Below, piece after piece: positions 126,906 to 139,448 of a stretch of DNA of 248,000 nucleotides. A program made the translations under genes and the position numbers. Source of the stretch: Andalucia godoyi And28 (taxonomy: Eukaryota > Protista > Jakobida); assembly GCA_009859145.1 (NCBI GenBank), contig VRVR01000013.1, positions 144,001 to 392,000 of the forward strand, in the 5' to 3' direction. The stretch's first letter is position 1. The number at the start of each line of letters is the position of its first letter. The notes beneath the pieces are model-generated. The model worked only from the letters and a program-made list of their open reading frames with translations, did no database searches and was not told where the DNA came from.

Positions 126906-129900
126906 TCGCAGTGTCCAAGCCCCGTTCTTCCTCCTGTTGTACACACGTCATTCTTTATTTTATATAAGCTGGAGGTTTTTATCTTTGCCAATTCGCACGC
127001 AAGTCTCGTCCGCGAAATTGAGCATTTTTGGTTTTCATTTTCTTCTTCATTTTTTCCCTTTCCCTTCATTCGTTCATTCATTCGTTGTTTTGCGAAGTAC
127101 ATGCACGGTAATTGCATTTGTCGCTATGGCCGGAAGCGAAGCAGATAATGTCGTAGACCAGGTATCTGCGATTTTGGAAGATCTTCTTGACGAATCCGAC
127201 ACTTCGTCGAGAACGATTCCGGACCAGACGAAGATGCTGCTTCGAATTGCACGGATATTTGAAAAAGAGCGCTGCAACTACCTCACTACTCATGGTGACT
127301 GTACAATCGACGCTGTTGACGACTACCCTCTGGGCCGACTAATAGAGCTAGTGAAGTCGTCTCAGGGGTTCATTGATTATCTCTTCATCCAGGTGCTGCT
127401 GAGGGAATTCGGCAACAATCCAAGCGAAGAAAATGTTGATTTTCTGTGTGCTGCACTGCGAGCTGCAGCGGCAATTGGCGAGTTTCATGACGACCTCTCA
127501 GAGTTTTTTCAGCAAAGTTTGCTGCAGAAATTGGAGTCGTGGATATGCGACAGCCTGTCAGCAAAACGTGCCTATTCATTTGCAGTTCTAGATGTGGTAC
127601 TCGGTGCGGATGTGGATGCTGCGAATCACGTGAAGCAGTCTGAGCAATACTTGGATAGGATTGTGAAGTGTGTCACGGAGACGGTTTCCAATGAGAAGAC
127701 GATGGAGCTCTTGTTGAGTACGACGCGGAAATCCAAAGCCCAGCGGTCTGCGCCTACGCTTACGAGGGAAGACATTTCCGACCGTCAGCTCGCCATTGTC
127801 GAGGTCTCCTCAATGCTTGGCTGTCTAAGATCGCTGATTAACAAGTCCGACACCATGAATCGCTATGCAACACCGCAGTTCGTGGACAACATCCTGTCGC
127901 TGTTCAAGATCCCAGAGTTGATGTTCCTGATATCTGCGTATTCGTTTCTTGTCGACGTTATTCCGATTCGACGGTTCGCGAGTCTGTTTCTTGAAAAAGG
128001 GGGAATGTCTGTGTTACTTGATGCTCCGTTCCCGGAAGTTTTGCTGTCTCTTGCTGGTTCATGCGTCTCGTCCATCGTGCTGGATACGACTCTTTGTTCG
128101 AAACTCATTTCGATCAGCAGTCGCAACAAACTTCTCGACGTTGTGCATTTTACGGAAGCCTTGCTTCAATCAACGTCCCCTCACTCGAAATCCGCCGGAT
128201 GTTCAATTGTGGAAGGGTTTTGCCATTGCAAGATTCTGTTGGACTTGTTCGACGATATGAATGGACTGGAGAGTGTGCTACGCGCGCTTCTTATGGGCGG
128301 TGATGATCTTTTGGACGAAGACCAAAATGACCAACTAGCTTCGGCCCTATCGTGTCTCAACGTGTATTTTCTTTCGCATCTCGCTTTGTTTTTGTTCCGA
128401 ATATCGAACCCAAGACAACCGTGGCCGGTTGACAAGCCTATCGAAAATGGTCCAGAGGCTCGTAGGGCTGCATTCTCCGATTTGAGAAAGAACGCAGCCT
128501 CGGTTATTGCGGTTCTGAAGCGATTGGAATGGAAGCCTGTCGCTTTGTTTATGAAGCTGAACGGAGCGCAGATTCTTGTGGATACTTTGAAGAAATGCAG
128601 AGTTTGGAGAGATCCGGATTTGGCGGAGGAAGTGGCACACGTATTGGAAATGATCACCATTGTCCCGTCTGTAAGGCCCGTCTTGTGTGCAATCCCCGAA
128701 GCGATCAGTTTACTTTTTGTTGGAATGGAGCGAGTTGTATATTTTTCCTACACGCTTGCGATTGCCTCGTTGCGAGTGTTGTCAAATTGTATTTATGGTA
128801 TCAGTGAACCGCCCTCGTTGCTGCAGCTCAGTGAGTGCAAACAGATATGGGATCATGTCCGAAGGAACGATGGAATTCGAGTTTTAATGTCCAGACTGCG
128901 CGCAAAGCTACCAATTGATGTCGTTTTTGAATTTCGTGCCCTTCTTTGCCAGTGCCTTCTCGGTATCTGTCGGGACTCTACAATTCGACAGATTCTTCGG
129001 CAACTGCGGATTACGGTTCTCATTGAGAGCCTCGACAAGGATGTTAACCTAACGCCCGGAAGGCAGAATAGAGAGGATTACGTTTTGTTCAAAAAGGTTT
129101 CTGTTAACTTGATTCAGGTTTTGACCAACCACAAGATTTCAGAAGAAGAATCGAACTCGATCTTTCGAAGACTTGAGAAGTCTTCGATTGTCGCCGCATC
129201 GCAAATTGATTATCCGGACCGCGAGCTATTGCAGTTGATTCAAGCGCACCTTATTTCCAAAGGTCTGGGCCAGGCAGCAGACGTGCTACGAGAAGAAGCT
129301 GGGCTCGTGGCAAATTCTGCCTGGGCGGAATCAGTGAAATCTCTGACGAGTTCCAATGTTACGACATCTTCACAACTGGGACTGTCGAGCGTGGCGCCAT
129401 CTTCGCAGGCAGCAGTAGTAACCAGAACGCCGATACCAGTCAAAAGCCAGCTAGGCCGCTATTCTTCCCAGGCTTCCCAGGCTTCCCAGGCTTCCCAGGC
129501 TTCCCAATCTTCCCAGACATTAGATGTCAACGGGACTCCAGGTTCGAAAATCACGGTTCCTCTTTCGACCTCTCCGTTCCTCAGCCCCAGCCAGACTTTC
129601 GTCGATGGATCGCTTAGGAAGACGCTTAGTTCCCCGGCGTATGTTTCTGGAGTACCGCACTCGAATACCAAGATTGCCAGCATCCTTCCTGGAGTTCCTC
129701 TCGAACCTACTCCCCTAATGCTGAAGAAGCGTTCACCGATTCCGAAGCTCATTCATGACGAGATTCAACCCATTCCTATGACGACTTTGGATGACTTCGC
129801 CACCGCTTCCGATTCGTCTGTGGTTCCGTTCGGCGATACTCTTGATCGCATTGTTCGGCACTATCTCAAGCAGCAGCATCGTCACTGCAAGATCCCGATG

Positions 129901-131517
129901 TCCGCTCCTCCTACATTTTCTCTTGTGAAGCCTCATCGATGCCCGGAGCCACTAGACTTCGAATACGCGTCATCCAATCTCCTGAGCAGAATGCGAGCGA
130001 GCAGAGTCCGGGGTGTGCATGCGGGTTTTGGTGTTTCTCCGGAGCTTCGAAACTGGGGCAAGGAAAATCGGTCTTATGTATTTTCGCAGTTTTCGCATCG
130101 ACCAGGTCGCACGATTCGACGTCCGGTGGATGTCCCAGTCATGTTTTCGTGTTCCACATTTCTGGATGTGAATAAGACGCTCTTGGTTGGCTCGCAGGAT
130201 GGTTACTTGATGACATATACCTTGGACTATATTGACTCTTCATCCTCAGCAGATTTTAGCTACAACGAATGTTTTGAGATTCCCGACTCGAATCTCGTTG
130301 GCGTCGAGTATTTACTGCCGTCTGCGGATCAGACACTTGTCCTCTGTTGGACCTCGGAGATGTCATATCTGTACAGATCGACGAATTTTGGTGCCCCGGT
130401 GCATACGTTTTCCGATTGTCCGACCGTGCAGTTCAGTCCTTCCTCTGTCGATTTTGTCATTGGTGAAGATCTTCGCAATCCGGGGACTGCCAAAATATTC
130501 TCTACATCAACTGGGATGCTAGTGCATACGCTTCGTGACCCATCCATGCATGCGGAGGCCATTCAAGCGACTGCAGTTCCTGGATTCCTCTCGGATGGAA
130601 GAAAACCGTGTTTTTCGAATAATGGTGATTTAGTTTTGTTTAATAATACTCTTTGGGATGTTCGCACCAAGGATGCTGTGCACCACTTCGACAAATTATC
130701 GACTCGTGGATGTTCTGTGTTCCATCCAAACGGTAACTGCGCGTTGATCAACACCGCTGTGTGGGATTTACGCACTTTCAAGTTGTTTCGTTCTGTTCCG
130801 GAATTCGATGATGCGGATCTGCAGTTTAACTCTTCGGGAACGATTATCTATTCCTTGAAGAGAGACTACTCCAATAGTATGATGCTGTCGTCTCAATTCA
130901 AGACCTTCGATGCAGACGATTTTTCCGTGATTCACACCGAAACGGTGGATCGAGACATCTGGGGTATTTCCATCGACCCCATTGACGACACTATTGCCAT
131001 TGTGGAATCCGACGGCACTGATCGAACCATCAGGCTCTATGATGTCGGCCGAATGTTGGATGCAGATGACATGCAGGACGATGAAACGGACGACGATTTT
131101 GAGGATGATGACGATGGTGACGATGATGACGAGGATGAGGATGATGCCGGTGAGTACGATTCATCTTCCGTTCTCGATGTCATGCACCTGCTGGAACCGG
131201 ATTCCGATGATGACGGAAGTGTCTTGTTTGAATCTGGTCCAGGACAGCATTTTGAAGAAGTCAACGACGATGATGGGGATGACGATGGGGATGATTCCAG
131301 CGGAGACAGTGAAGATGTTCACGGGATTCTCGACGAGGATGCTTCAGGTGACGCTGATGATCCATCTTCGGAAGCTGAGCACCAATGGAATGCCGAGGAT
131401 TTTGAGGAAATCTTCGGGAGTCAAATTGATGATTCAGACAATGTCGAATTTGTAGAGGACAGCGGCGGCGGTGACGATGAGTCAAGCGAGGACGATGGGA
131501 GTCGCTCTGTGTTTTAA
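126862..131517 (+). CDS. DCAF1: DCAF1/VprBP (likely start near 127126)
   Basis: LisH (LLQLIQAHL..GL..AA), HCKIPMSAPPTFSLVKPHRCP, WD40, acidic tail. Confidence 0.85.
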   Translation: MISNDSPWTSAQCRPRSVQAPFFLLLYTRHSLFYISWRFLSLPIRTQVSSAKLSIFGFHFLLHFFPFPSFVHSFVVLRSTCTVIAFVAMAGSEADNVVDQVSAILEDLLDESDTSSRTIPDQTKMLLRIARIFEKERCNYLTTHGDCTIDAVDDYPLGRLIELVKSSQGFIDYLFIQVLLREFGNNPSEENVDFLCAALRAAAAIGEFHDDLSEFFQQSLLQKLESWICDSLSAKRAYSFAVLDVVLGADVDAANHVKQSEQYLDRIVKCVTETVSNEKTMELLLSTTRKSKAQRSAPTLTREDISDRQLAIVEVSSMLGCLRSLINKSDTMNRYATPQFVDNILSLFKIPELMFLISAYSFLVDVIPIRRFASLFLEKGGMSVLLDAPFPEVLLSLAGSCVSSIVLDTTLCSKLISISSRNKLLDVVHFTEALLQSTSPHSKSAGCSIVEGFCHCKILLDLFDDMNGLESVLRALLMGGDDLLDEDQNDQLASALSCLNVYFLSHLALFLFRISNPRQPWPVDKPIENGPEARRAAFSDLRKNAASVIAVLKRLEWKPVALFMKLNGAQILVDTLKKCRVWRDPDLAEEVAHVLEMITIVPSVRPVLCAIPEAISLLFVGMERVVYFSYTLAIASLRVLSNCIYGISEPPSLLQLSECKQIWDHVRRNDGIRVLMSRLRAKLPIDVVFEFRALLCQCLLGICRDSTIRQILRQLRITVLIESLDKDVNLTPGRQNREDYVLFKKVSVNLIQVLTNHKISEEESNSIFRRLEKSSIVAASQIDYPDRELLQLIQAHLISKGLGQAADVLREEAGLVANSAWAESVKSLTSSNVTTSSQLGLSSVAPSSQAAVVTRTPIPVKSQLGRYSSQASQASQASQASQSSQTLDVNGTPGSKITVPLSTSPFLSPSQTFVDGSLRKTLSSPAYVSGVPHSNTKIASILPGVPLEPTPLMLKKRSPIPKLIHDEIQPIPMTTLDDFATASDSSVVPFGDTLDRIVRHYLKQQHRHCKIPMSAPPTFSLVKPHRCPEPLDFEYASSNLLSRMRASRVRGVHAGFGVSPELRNWGKENRSYVFSQFSHRPGRTIRRPVDVPVMFSCSTFLDVNKTLLVGSQDGYLMTYTLDYIDSSSSADFSYNECFEIPDSNLVGVEYLLPSADQTLVLCWTSEMSYLYRSTNFGAPVHTFSDCPTVQFSPSSVDFVIGEDLRNPGTAKIFSTSTGMLVHTLRDPSMHAEAIQATAVPGFLSDGRKPCFSNNGDLVLFNNTLWDVRTKDAVHHFDKLSTRGCSVFHPNGNCALINTAVWDLRTFKLFRSVPEFDDADLQFNSSGTIIYSLKRDYSNSMMLSSQFKTFDADDFSVIHTETVDRDIWGISIDPIDDTIAIVESDGTDRTIRLYDVGRMLDADDMQDDETDDDFEDDDDGDDDDEDEDDAGEYDSSSVLDVMHLLEPDSDDDGSVLFESGPGQHFEEVNDDDGDDDGDDSSGDSEDVHGILDEDASGDADDPSSEAEHQWNAEDFEEIFGSQIDDSDNVEFVEDSGGGDDESSEDDGSRSVF

Positions 131518-131704
131518 AAGCCAGGAAAGCAGAGAGCGGGGGCGAATGGTTTCGTGTGCGTGTGTTGTTTACCGTTTCACCACCCCCCCCTCTTTTTTTT
131601 TTCAATGGCCCTTCAGGAGGCAAAAGCGCTCACCATGTTCAATGAAGCAAACGGATGTTAGATGTAAAGCCTCGAATTCTTGTTGTTCAGACCTGGCCTG
131701 CTTC

Positions 131705-133025
131705 TTAATATGGCGGTCGCATCAATGTCTGCTGATTGCTCGGCATCGTGCCTGGAACAGGCATTCCGGGCACCATGCGCGGAACTTGAGGAAGCCTCGA
131801 TGCTTGCCACTGCGCAAACGAAATGATTGCCCCAGGGAAATACGTGTCGACGTAGTTCAATCCAGAACGAACCTCTTCGGAGTACAGCCTTCGTGACGGG
131901 TCCCCAGCTCCTTCACGATCACCACGATCTCGTTCCTTGTCTCGGCGATCAGAAAAGCGATCCCTGTCAAACTCACGATCCCTGTCTCTGTCTCTATCTC
132001 TGTCTCGATCGCGGTGATCGTCCCGATTTCTGTGAAGTGCGTGATGATCACGGTCACGCTCGCGGTCCTGAAGAGGTGACCTTTCTCTGTCTCCATCTCT
132101 TGGCATATCCCTCCGTGAAATACGAGAGAGTTCGGTCTTGTTCCAGTCCGCTGTCATCAACAGTCCTCCAAAATAAGTGTTGTTGATGAGTTCCATGGCG
132201 ATCCACGCATCTTTTTGTGTCTTGAAGGTCAAATAAGCCTTTTTGAACGGAGTTCTCGGATCTGACTTTGTAGATGGAGCAAACTCAATGGACTCGATCT
132301 CAACATATCGTGCCAGCAGTCTCCGAAACTGTTCTTCGGTCATTGGGATCGCAACGTACTTGACAAAAAGGGAGCAGATGCCACGGTACAGAGACGGGTC
132401 CTGCTTGTACCGAGAATCTGCAAGCTTCACGGAGAGAGAGCCTATCGACGCCAAAATATCCAGCGCAGCCGTTGCGATCTCAATGTCGTCAAAAGACGCC
132501 AATCCAAAGCCTTTTGATGCACCGTACGGAAACCGAACCAGCGCAAATCGCTGGATTTGAAGATGTGGTGGCAGTCTCGAGTTGAGCCATTCCATGATCT
132601 TGTCCTCGCAGAAGTGGACTGGGAGCTGTCGGATGTAAATATCATTATGCGTGTCCTTGTACGACACATCCAGCTCGGCTCCACTAGGTCCATACACGTG
132701 CTTTTTACCTTGAGAAGCCGCATCCAGCGCCGCCAGCATGCTCTCAATCTCCTCGAACCGAACAAACGCATATCCTCGACATGCGCCGGTCACATAGTCC
132801 TTCACCAAATGCACCTTCCAGATCGGTCCGTACTCAGAGAACACCCCTTTCAGAACCTCTGCATCCGCATCTGCTGGCAGATTCGCAATAAACACCGACG
132901 CTTCCAGCGGAAACCGAGGCTTGAAGTTCTGAAGCGGAGTCTCCAACGTGTTGATTTGCGAAATATCCCGATTCAAAGCTTCAATCCCAGCATTCGTCTC
133001 TAGATCCTCTGCCCTCTGCCCCATC

Positions 133026-133120
<95 letters not shown>

Positions 133121-133162
133121 TCTCTCTCTCTCCCTCTCTGGGCGACCACTCCACAAAAGCAT
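131705..133162 (-). CDS. Multi-RRM RNA-binding protein with RD-rich tail
   Basis: VFIANLP, RGYAFVRF, KGFGLASF. Confidence 0.75.
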
Positions 133163-133496
133163 TTAGAATGGAAAACAGAATCAGAAAAATAAAGCCTTCT
133201 AAAAAGGAAGGGAAATCCGCCTGTGCTGTAGCATCCATTGATGCAAGCCAAAAACCCGCAACAAGCCAGTTCACTTGTACTGTACAGTTGATAGAGGCGT
133301 CACTCGACAAGTCTTTTCTTCTTCAGAGGATTGTTTTTGGACCGTTTGTGTGTCGATCCGTTCTGTCGCCGTGTTTCTTCTTTTGTTCATTGGTTCGTTC
133401 TTGTTCTTTCAATATCTGCGTGTTTTTGTTGGTCTTTTTTGGTGTTTTTCGTTCACTTTCCAGTTCATAATATTCGTTGCAGTTGTTCACATCCTC

Positions 133497-134161
133497 ATGT
133501 CTATCGCAATGGCGCAGTTTTACGGTTCGGATGCTGGAGACACTGATGAATTCGAGTTTTCACAGTATGTCGTCATTTTTTAAAAATTAAAAAAGACAAC
133601 ATCAACAAACAATCAAACAAACAAAAATGGGAATTTAGAGAGCTTGAATCATTTCATTTTACGTGTTTGGTGGAAATGTGAGAATTGGTTGTTTACTAAT
133701 TTGTTAATGTTGTGTTTTGTTGAATGCGTGTGATTGTACACAGCCATGGTTCGGATGCGGATGCGTACTTTGACAGCTGTGTGGGTACACTACAAGAGAT
133801 TCTTCTTGATGCGGAGTTTTTCAATTTGCGAATGGCGTTTATGCGGGCGCATTGCCACGAGTTTGACAAGTCAGATGAGAACAAGCTGATCTACACTGCG
133901 TTGTTTGAGGAATATGTGAGGAACATCGAGGGTTTTTTGGAAACAAGGCTAAAAAGCGCAATTCCGGGGTTCAGTATGGTCTGGTTCTTGACAGAAATTG
134001 AGCGGCGAGGACAGGACGAGGTGTGCGGTGATCTCTGGGACCTCTTGGCATCTCTTGCGGATTTCGCTCAGTTCAAAGGGATCATGCTCGATGCCAAGCG
134101 ATCGCAAAAGGGCAAGAATCCGGAGAATGCTATTCAATCCGGGAAGGTCAAGTCGACGTGA
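133497..134161 (+). CDS. ARL2-binding (BART/CFAP36-like) protein, spliced
   Basis: EFDKSDENKLIYTALFEEY..DFAQFKGIML. Confidence 0.75.
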
Positions 134162-134425
134162 AGACACAAACCGCAAGCCGCAGTACCCCGTAGCCGTCAA
134201 TGAATTGGGACAGTTGGACAGCCATGAAACATCGTCGTCACCATCGTTATACATATGCATATTCTCGGACATCACACTATCATACAATATGGGGAATTTC
134301 ATTGCTGTCCATCTCTTGAAACAGTATGATAAAGGGCAGATTCAGATAATGCTTTCTTCTTCTTTTAATTTAATTTCCTATTAATTAAAACAAAAAACAA
134401 AGCAAAATTGAAATTAAAAAATTGC

Positions 134426-137400
134426 TTACAAGAGTTGCTCCAGGAGTTGACGAATGCGGCCATCAAAATCGGAGCCTAGTGAGCCGGAGAATACGTGGAG
134501 AGACCGCAGGACAGCCTTTTGACTCGGAAGCTTGCTAATCACGTCGAGAATCAGGTTCATCTCTAAGCGTTGCGGTTTGCTCAAGGGACATCCACGGAGA
134601 CGGCGGAAGTTTTCAGAACACTCCTCAAACGCAGCAACAACCTTTTCTCGCAGCACACCATCGGCAAGTTCCCTCAGCTCATCAACACCGAGAAGGAATA
134701 TTAAAAAGTTGTACGCAGCCTCACGAAGCACCCACGGACGCACGGGGACGTAGTTCAGCAGCCCAAGTGACTGGCGTGCACCACCATCCGAAGTCAGACT
134801 GGCAACGGTCGACAGCAGATCCGAAGAAAACACCTTGAACAACACATCGCGTTTGGACATTAAAATGCGAATCATTTCGATCTCTAAAGTCGGTTCATAT
134901 CGACCGTCGAATGCCCGCAGCACACGAACGGCAAATGCAGAAACCCCAGGCGACGACCGAAACGTGTTGCCAGACAGGAAAGAATTCCACCTACGCAGGG
135001 TGTTTTCGTAAATAGGATGCTCGCGACTTACAAGAACACCGACAGCATCAAGATAGGCATCTTGATGCTGGGGAAGCGCTGCAAATGTCTCATGGAACAA
135101 CTCCAAAACGGCCACAAGGAAAGGAGTGTGAGGATTCTCAAACACCGACTTGAAAAGGGAGAGCAGGCGCGCAGATAGGGAATTGTCCAAACTTCCAGCA
135201 AGTGGTGTCATAGTCTTTAGCAACTCTACCAATCTGTTCTCGTACTCGAAGAACTTCTTCGTCTTGCTGTCTGCCGGCGCAGATTTCTTGGACGGTTCCA
135301 TGCACAGGCAAATACGGAGCCCGTCTTCGAGAAGATCCAGCAACTGCGATTCGTGTCCTTCTCGAGGGACTTTCATCCAGGAATCATGCATCATCAACAT
135401 CACAGCGATCGAGAAACAGCCCTTGTCTTCTCCAGCAGGAATATGATCCATGTCTTTCCTTCCTTCCACAAAAAATTCGTACACCGTCTGTGAAATAGAA
135501 TGCATCACGATTGTCCACGTGTCCCAGGCCAAGTCTTCGACGCTGAAACACTGCGCTGTTATCAAATCATCAAACGCCTTGATCGTTGTCGTACACACCT
135601 CGTTCGACGTCGACAACATGTTGTGCTGTATGTATGTAAATATCTCGGCAACGCATCTCGCATGGAACGTGCGAACCACGCACGCACAGTCAGAGGATGT
135701 CTCAATTCCGTAACTTGCGCAAAGCGCCACTATTTCCTGACAGATCTTGGGATCTTGCAATTCACCTACCTTCTTCACCAGGATGATTTGGGATATCGCA
135801 AGCACCGCGCGCACAACCCCTGAGATCGCCAACGACCGCGTCTCCTCCCATTGTTTTGCGACTGTGTTCCTCGAGTGATGAACAAGCATTTTCATTCCTT
135901 GTTCCTTTGATACCTGTGACGTGCGCGGATCCTGCGGTCCAGCTGTCGGTGGGTTCTCCTCATCAGTTGCTCGTCCAGATTCCGACTCGACAATGGACAG
136001 CAGCCTTACGAGCGTGTCCGACAAACATCGCATCAGACCAACAACCGAGAGCTTCGCGGCGTGGGTGGGCATTGACGACAGCAGTGTCTTCAGCGCGCCA
136101 TTTCGCGCAGAGGGGCGGACATCACGCACACACTCCCGCAATTTAGAAAACAGCAGAATCCACAGCGGTTCTGAATTCTGAGAACGCAGGGAGGGAGAGG
136201 ACAAGAAGTCTGCAGTGGACCACAGCGACGTCATGGCTGCAAGCGAAATGTTGGTATCCACAGACTGGATGGAGAATACACCAAGCATGTCAATGTACAG
136301 ATGCACCAGATCGTGCTCAAGATGCGGAAGGTAATCATTGCCAATCAGAGACAGAGACTCGAAAGCAATTTGAAGAATCTCTTGCAATCTTGTTCCGGAC
136401 ACCTGGAAACCGGCTCTCGTTAGCGCCGTCGAAATGGCAAATCCAGGGTCTTCGGCCAATGCAGTAGAGGAATCTCCCGAAGAACCGAGTACAGGCGACG
136501 AACCCGGTGTCAGTGAAGAAGACGACGAGGACGTGAGTCCGCCGCCATTCATCGGAGAGCTGGATGCCGCAGAGGGAGGCGCGGGAGACGACCCTGTAAA
136601 CAGACCGGCATCCATATACAAAGCAGCACGGGCAAGTGCATGCATGATGGAAGACCATGTTTCTGGCTTTGACATTCGAGATCCAACATCTCGCACAATG
136701 GAATGAAGACCACGCAATAATGAGACACGCAAGTCCGGGGCATCGTGAGCGGCAAAAAGGCCGGTATAAAAGGACACGAGTCTCGTTTCCATGTCAAGCG
136801 TGCAGTTGTTCTGATCAAGAATCGCGCAAATAAGATCCGTCGTCAGCTCGATTGCAGTGGAGCGGACAAACGTCTCTGGAAACTTGCAGAGAACAGCAAG
136901 ATGGTCAGCAACCACATTCCACAATTCCGGTATTCTCGCCAAGTTGTTGTGCAGCGAAGAAAACAAACCGCGAATAGCAAACAATCGCGGTTTGGACACT
137001 GTTGTAGAAGAGGACGTCGATCCAGCACTGGGTGACAACACCGACGTGGAAGACGCAGTGGGTGCCAAGAGCACCAAGGTTTCTTCGGAGAGACGCTGCA
137101 GTGCTTGCAAAAGGTCTGTGATGGAGTGTAGGGACAAGTTGGAAGAACTTTGAAACAAATTTTGCAAGGCATCTGTCAGAATTCGGAGATCGTCGGAAGT
137201 GGTCTCTGAAACAGCCTTTGTCCCCGCGGACTGCGGATTGTCGGGAAAAAGCAGCTTGTCGAGAAGCTGAAAGTTTCGCAGCAGAATCTTCCAGGATGTC
137301 CCCAATAAGCCGCCAATGCAGTGTGCGATGTTGAAAAGTGCTTTGAGTACTTGTACGTTCTTGGGATGCATCTTGTATGAATCCGCGGAGAGCGCACCTG

Positions 137401-139144
137401 CAGACGAAGAATTCCCGTTCGTATTGCCATCCAGAGCATGCAGAGCAGCCATTTCCTCCGGGGAGCCACTAAGAGGACCGCTTCCTGCGTTAGGAAACAT
137501 CGAGGTGGAAAGCGGCTGAGAAAACCTGCATAGGTCGACAAGAAAAACATCACGGACCTCATCAAGCTTGCAAATCCCGCAAACATGGATGAATGTTTGA
137601 TAGATCGGAAGAATTCTTTGAAGCACCAATTCGTCATAGGCTCTGGCAAGAATCAGCGACAGTGTGCCCATAAGAGGACGCCAAGAAATCGCAATCATGT
137701 TACTAACAATCTGTACATCAGTCACGGGTCCCTCCTCATCAGCGGCGACGCCATTCTCCGAGGCAAACGACAGCCTCTTCTCCAGTCCGTCCGAAATGGA
137801 CTCCTTCTTCTTCTGCTCGTCGACAGGAATCCGTTCTGTATCCCTCCCACCGCGCAAGATGTCGCACATGATTGCAAATGATTTTGAAATATTGGACAGA
137901 GTGTCAACAGTCAATCGCAGTAGCTCCGGCTGACCAACCACAGGCAATTCAGAATCGTTCGATGCGTCGATGCCCGCAAATTTCGAGGCAACTGACAGCA
138001 TGTTAGAATTCATCCGTGATGTCATTTCATTGTCCAGTGATGCTTGGGCATTTCTCTGCAGCGTCTGGAAGAGTGCTTCAAACAATGGAACGTTTGTCGC
138101 GTGCATATCACGCACCCATGCAACCGAGTCCGCGAGCCTCCTCAAAATATCGAGAGCAAGGCACCGTTGATACGTCAAAAATCCTTCTTCCATGATGCTC
138201 ATGAGCATTTCAGCACCTCGGGTAGTCTCTGCTGGCAGAGCCTTGCTGAAGTTCAGCAGAAGTCGAAACAGCAACCGGAGCAACCTCAGAAACAACGGAT
138301 AATCAATCTGCAGCTTCTCGTTCGTCGGCAAGTAGCGAAACACCAGTGTGCATACTTCTTCCTTGACCAATCGCAGAATGGAATCTGTCTGAATAAGGAC
138401 TGAATAGTGGTTCGCAAGCACAATATCAATTAGCTCCAGTCCCAAAAGCTTCAGCAGCTGATTGGATGAACTAGATGTGGCGCGCGTAACATCCCTGAGA
138501 AATTGATGACTGTTCAATCGTTCGTCGTCACGTTCCCGCGGATCAAACACCAGCGTCGCAAATTGCTTCATTGTGGCTCCAGCCGTGCTGCTCACGACAG
138601 GCGACTTTGCCTCGACCAGCTTAAAACACGTTGAAATTGCAGTGGAAAACGAGTCTGGCGGCACCGCAAATGCCTTTGAAGTCAAGAATGCAACGAGTGT
138701 TTGAAGCATCTTCAGATAGACAGTGTCATCAAACGATGATGAGATCAGTGAAGCGAAGCAATCGACCAATTCCGGCGACGACGACGGCAGAAATACTCTG
138801 TACTGCAAGCATTTCTGCAGCGTCGGAAGAGCCAAAAGAACCAACTTTGAGCTGTCGGACCGACACGCAAGGAACAACGGCTGCAGAATCTCGTCTGACT
138901 TTAGCAGTTGTTTCGCGACGAAATCCGATTCATCCGAATAGCCCGAAGGAGTCGAAGGCGTCCACGAACCAGCTCCACTATTACTACTACTACTACTACT
139001 ACTGTTTGGAGAAGGTAGAGAATCGCGGATGTTCCGCACGCGTACAATTGCCTTCTCTGCAGACTCCTTTACAGCAATGCGCTTTTTGCCAGCTTCAATC
139101 GACAATGCTCGCAAGTCCTGCTCAAGATTCGCAAGCAATGACAT
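134426..139144 (-). CDS. MON2: MON2/Ysl2 Arf-GEF-like protein
   Basis: LEQDLRALSIEAGKK..VKESAEKA; RPSARNGA; QWEETRSL. Confidence 0.85.
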   Translation of the reverse strand: MSLLANLEQDLRALSIEAGKKRIAVKESAEKAIVRVRNIRDSLPSPNSSSSSSSNSGAGSWTPSTPSGYSDESDFVAKQLLKSDEILQPLFLACRSDSSKLVLLALPTLQKCLQYRVFLPSSSPELVDCFASLISSSFDDTVYLKMLQTLVAFLTSKAFAVPPDSFSTAISTCFKLVEAKSPVVSSTAGATMKQFATLVFDPRERDDERLNSHQFLRDVTRATSSSSNQLLKLLGLELIDIVLANHYSVLIQTDSILRLVKEEVCTLVFRYLPTNEKLQIDYPLFLRLLRLLFRLLLNFSKALPAETTRGAEMLMSIMEEGFLTYQRCLALDILRRLADSVAWVRDMHATNVPLFEALFQTLQRNAQASLDNEMTSRMNSNMLSVASKFAGIDASNDSELPVVGQPELLRLTVDTLSNISKSFAIMCDILRGGRDTERIPVDEQKKKESISDGLEKRLSFASENGVAADEEGPVTDVQIVSNMIAISWRPLMGTLSLILARAYDELVLQRILPIYQTFIHVCGICKLDEVRDVFLVDLCRFSQPLSTSMFPNAGSGPLSGSPEEMAALHALDGNTNGNSSSAGALSADSYKMHPKNVQVLKALFNIAHCIGGLLGTSWKILLRNFQLLDKLLFPDNPQSAGTKAVSETTSDDLRILTDALQNLFQSSSNLSLHSITDLLQALQRLSEETLVLLAPTASSTSVLSPSAGSTSSSTTVSKPRLFAIRGLFSSLHNNLARIPELWNVVADHLAVLCKFPETFVRSTAIELTTDLICAILDQNNCTLDMETRLVSFYTGLFAAHDAPDLRVSLLRGLHSIVRDVGSRMSKPETWSSIMHALARAALYMDAGLFTGSSPAPPSAASSSPMNGGGLTSSSSSSLTPGSSPVLGSSGDSSTALAEDPGFAISTALTRAGFQVSGTRLQEILQIAFESLSLIGNDYLPHLEHDLVHLYIDMLGVFSIQSVDTNISLAAMTSLWSTADFLSSPSLRSQNSEPLWILLFSKLRECVRDVRPSARNGALKTLLSSMPTHAAKLSVVGLMRCLSDTLVRLLSIVESESGRATDEENPPTAGPQDPRTSQVSKEQGMKMLVHHSRNTVAKQWEETRSLAISGVVRAVLAISQIILVKKVGELQDPKICQEIVALCASYGIETSSDCACVVRTFHARCVAEIFTYIQHNMLSTSNEVCTTTIKAFDDLITAQCFSVEDLAWDTWTIVMHSISQTVYEFFVEGRKDMDHIPAGEDKGCFSIAVMLMMHDSWMKVPREGHESQLLDLLEDGLRICLCMEPSKKSAPADSKTKKFFEYENRLVELLKTMTPLAGSLDNSLSARLLSLFKSVFENPHTPFLVAVLELFHETFAALPQHQDAYLDAVGVLVSREHPIYENTLRRWNSFLSGNTFRSSPGVSAFAVRVLRAFDGRYEPTLEIEMIRILMSKRDVLFKVFSSDLLSTVASLTSDGGARQSLGLLNYVPVRPWVLREAAYNFLIFLLGVDELRELADGVLREKVVAAFEECSENFRRLRGCPLSKPQRLEMNLILDVISKLPSQKAVLRSLHVFSGSLGSDFDGRIRQLLEQLL

Positions 139145-139448
139145 TCTATGATACCCACTTCCACAACAGCCCTTTCTTGTCTTTCGGTTAATATACCCCC
139201 TCGACGTGCCACAATTAAGAGAAAAATAGAAAATGGAAAAACACAAAAACCAGAAAAATCGAAATGCAGAAAAATCAACAGAGAAACGAAAGAAAGGTAA
139301 AAAACGAGGACAGAAAACAGTAACACACTGCAGACTGAACGCTACACGTCGCTGTGTACAACAGATGTCGTCCGAGTTTGATTTCTGACTCCTTCTGTTT
139401 TTCCCCTTCCAAACTCTTTTTTTTAATTTATTGTTATTCCATTCATCG